This document shows, piece by piece, positions 10,109 through 10,900 of a DNA stretch of 10,900 bases. The first letter of the stretch is position 1. Every line of letters begins with the position of its first letter. The translations under genes were made by a program, and so were the position numbers. Source of the DNA: an uncultured Methanomicrobiales archaeon. Its GTDB lineage: Archaea > Halobacteriota > Methanomicrobia > Methanomicrobiales > Methanospirillaceae. Where the stretch lies: positions 1-10,900 of the forward strand of contig CAVWXH010000014.1 in NCBI GenBank assembly GCA_963758915.1, written 5' to 3'. The notes beneath the pieces were generated by a model. That model did no database searches and was not told the DNA's origin. It worked only from the letters and a program-made list of their open reading frames with translations.

Positions 10109-10470
10109 CTATCTATTTCCTTTTTCCGCCTCATTCTGTTCAACTTCGTTGATCGATTCAATGATTTCAAGATGAGGATACCACATCGTAGTGGGGTTTC
10201 GCTTAGACTGAACAAACCTGATCGCGTCATCCACCACTATTGCGTTAGTCAGGATAGTTCTAGTTTCATTGAATAGCAATCCTTTGCCAGACTTTAACGC
10301 CTTTATCTTCTCCATACTTCCGGTATTGCTTGCTTGCGATATAGTCCACGGCTCTCTCAGAATGCTATTGAGGCCACACAGCGTTTTCTAGTTTTCTTCC
10401 CGGAAGTTTCTCATCAATATACTTCTTGATGTTTTCTTTTGCTTCCTGCCTGGACATGTAGACAATCTAT
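10109..10470 (-). pseudogene. Degenerate fragment of a helical hypothetical-protein family recalled from Nitrososphaeraceae
   Basis: Frame-hopping translation gives RQEAKENIKKYIDEKLP/EEN*KTLCGLNSILREPWT..MEKIKAL/SLAKDCYSMKLEL/LTNAIVVDDAIRFV. It needs +1 (~10400), +1 (~10293) and +2 (~10252) corrections and contains an in-frame TAG (10388-10390). Family assignment is from memory of the motif, not from a search. Confidence 0.55.
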
Positions 10471-10521
10471 GCTAACAGGATTTACTATTTTCCAATTGTA
10501 TTGTCTTTATGTAGAAGAAGC

Positions 10522-10676
10522 CTACAATAGGAGGTTATTAATGGAATCGTCATTAGATTTCTTATCCTCTGGAATATGGTCGCCAATGTATTTTTTCTGT
10601 AACTTTTTGCTTTTCGAGGTCCTTCCAATAAGCATAGTAATAAGGCCCATGCTTTAGTTCACACATCTCCTTTTCC
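10522..10676 (-). pseudogene. C-terminal fragment of a DUF6788-like small basic protein (C..HGPY.Y.YW...KKYIG)
   Basis: Removing one base at 10611-10614 gives (GKE)MCELKHGPYYYAYWKDLESKKLQKKYIGDHIPEDKKSNDDSINNLLL*. The expected upstream Cys and N-terminus are missing. Confidence 0.55.
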
Positions 10677-10762
10677 TAAAGTAATGGGTGCAGTATCGAC
10701 TGATCCTCGTATATGATCAGAATCAATATCTACAGGGACAGTCAGTTTCCTAACTGGTTTTT
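10677..10762 (-). pseudogene. N-terminal fragment of a DsbA/thioredoxin-fold protein
   Basis: KPVRKLTVPVDIDSDHIRGSVDTAPITL matches the L..PV...DH.RG...AP.TL segment that precedes VEYGD..CP.C in DsbA-like proteins. Here it breaks off before that motif. Confidence 0.5.
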
Positions 10763-10765
10763 TAC

Positions 10766-10900
10766 TTTTTCATCAGCAGGAATATCTAATGCTGCCACAA
10801 CTTTCTATAGGCGACTTGCCGTCTGAAAATAATTTAAAGGCTTTTGATTCTTTCGACTTGGATCTAATATCAAAATCACATAGTAGGTTATTTTGTCCAT
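10766..10900 (-). pseudogene. Fragment of a hypothetical protein with an HTH-like SxAFKLFSxGKSPxEV..LD motif; 5'-truncated by the window edge
   Basis: Removing one base at 10802-10804 gives DIRSKSKESKAFKLFSDGKSPIEVVAALDIPADE, after which similarity stops. The motif is recalled from Nitrososphaeraceae hypothetical proteins and was not verified by search. Confidence 0.45.

Noticed and set aside
9984-10112. Minus-strand frame ending in an ATGA overlap with the hemK2 start (..WYEIPGMIRNSGNPL*)
   Set aside because: Short and with no recognisable similarity to genes usually found upstream of hemK2; the overlap can occur by chance.
10109-10900. CRISPR array or integron cassette array as an explanation for the fragment mosaic
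   Set aside because: No recurring direct repeat or attC-like palindrome lies between the fragments.

Overview
Archaeal-type nucleotide-sugar locus, with all genes on the minus strand; protein style and gene order suggest a Methanomicrobiales methanogen (inference). In transcription order: HemK2/Mtq2 methyltransferase, glmM, GlmU-like bifunctional enzyme, a second nucleotidyltransferase paralog, glmS, WbpP-like UDP-HexNAc 4-epimerase, an 867 bp gap, gmd and fcl (running off the left edge). Six of these eight genes are split by nine frameshifts, each repaired by deleting one base, which most likely reflects insertion-biased long-read error rather than pseudogenisation. Two things are not explained by the gene list. 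One is a 257 bp MITE-like element (2510-2766) with IS903-like imperfect TIRs, an 8 bp target duplication and a hairpin-rich core. The other is an AT-rich right end (~10100-10900) made of four short, unrelated, head-to-tail gene fragments resembling families I associate with Nitrososphaeraceae, so either a chimera or a foreign pseudogene mosaic. I cannot support a claim of a complete new biological system here.
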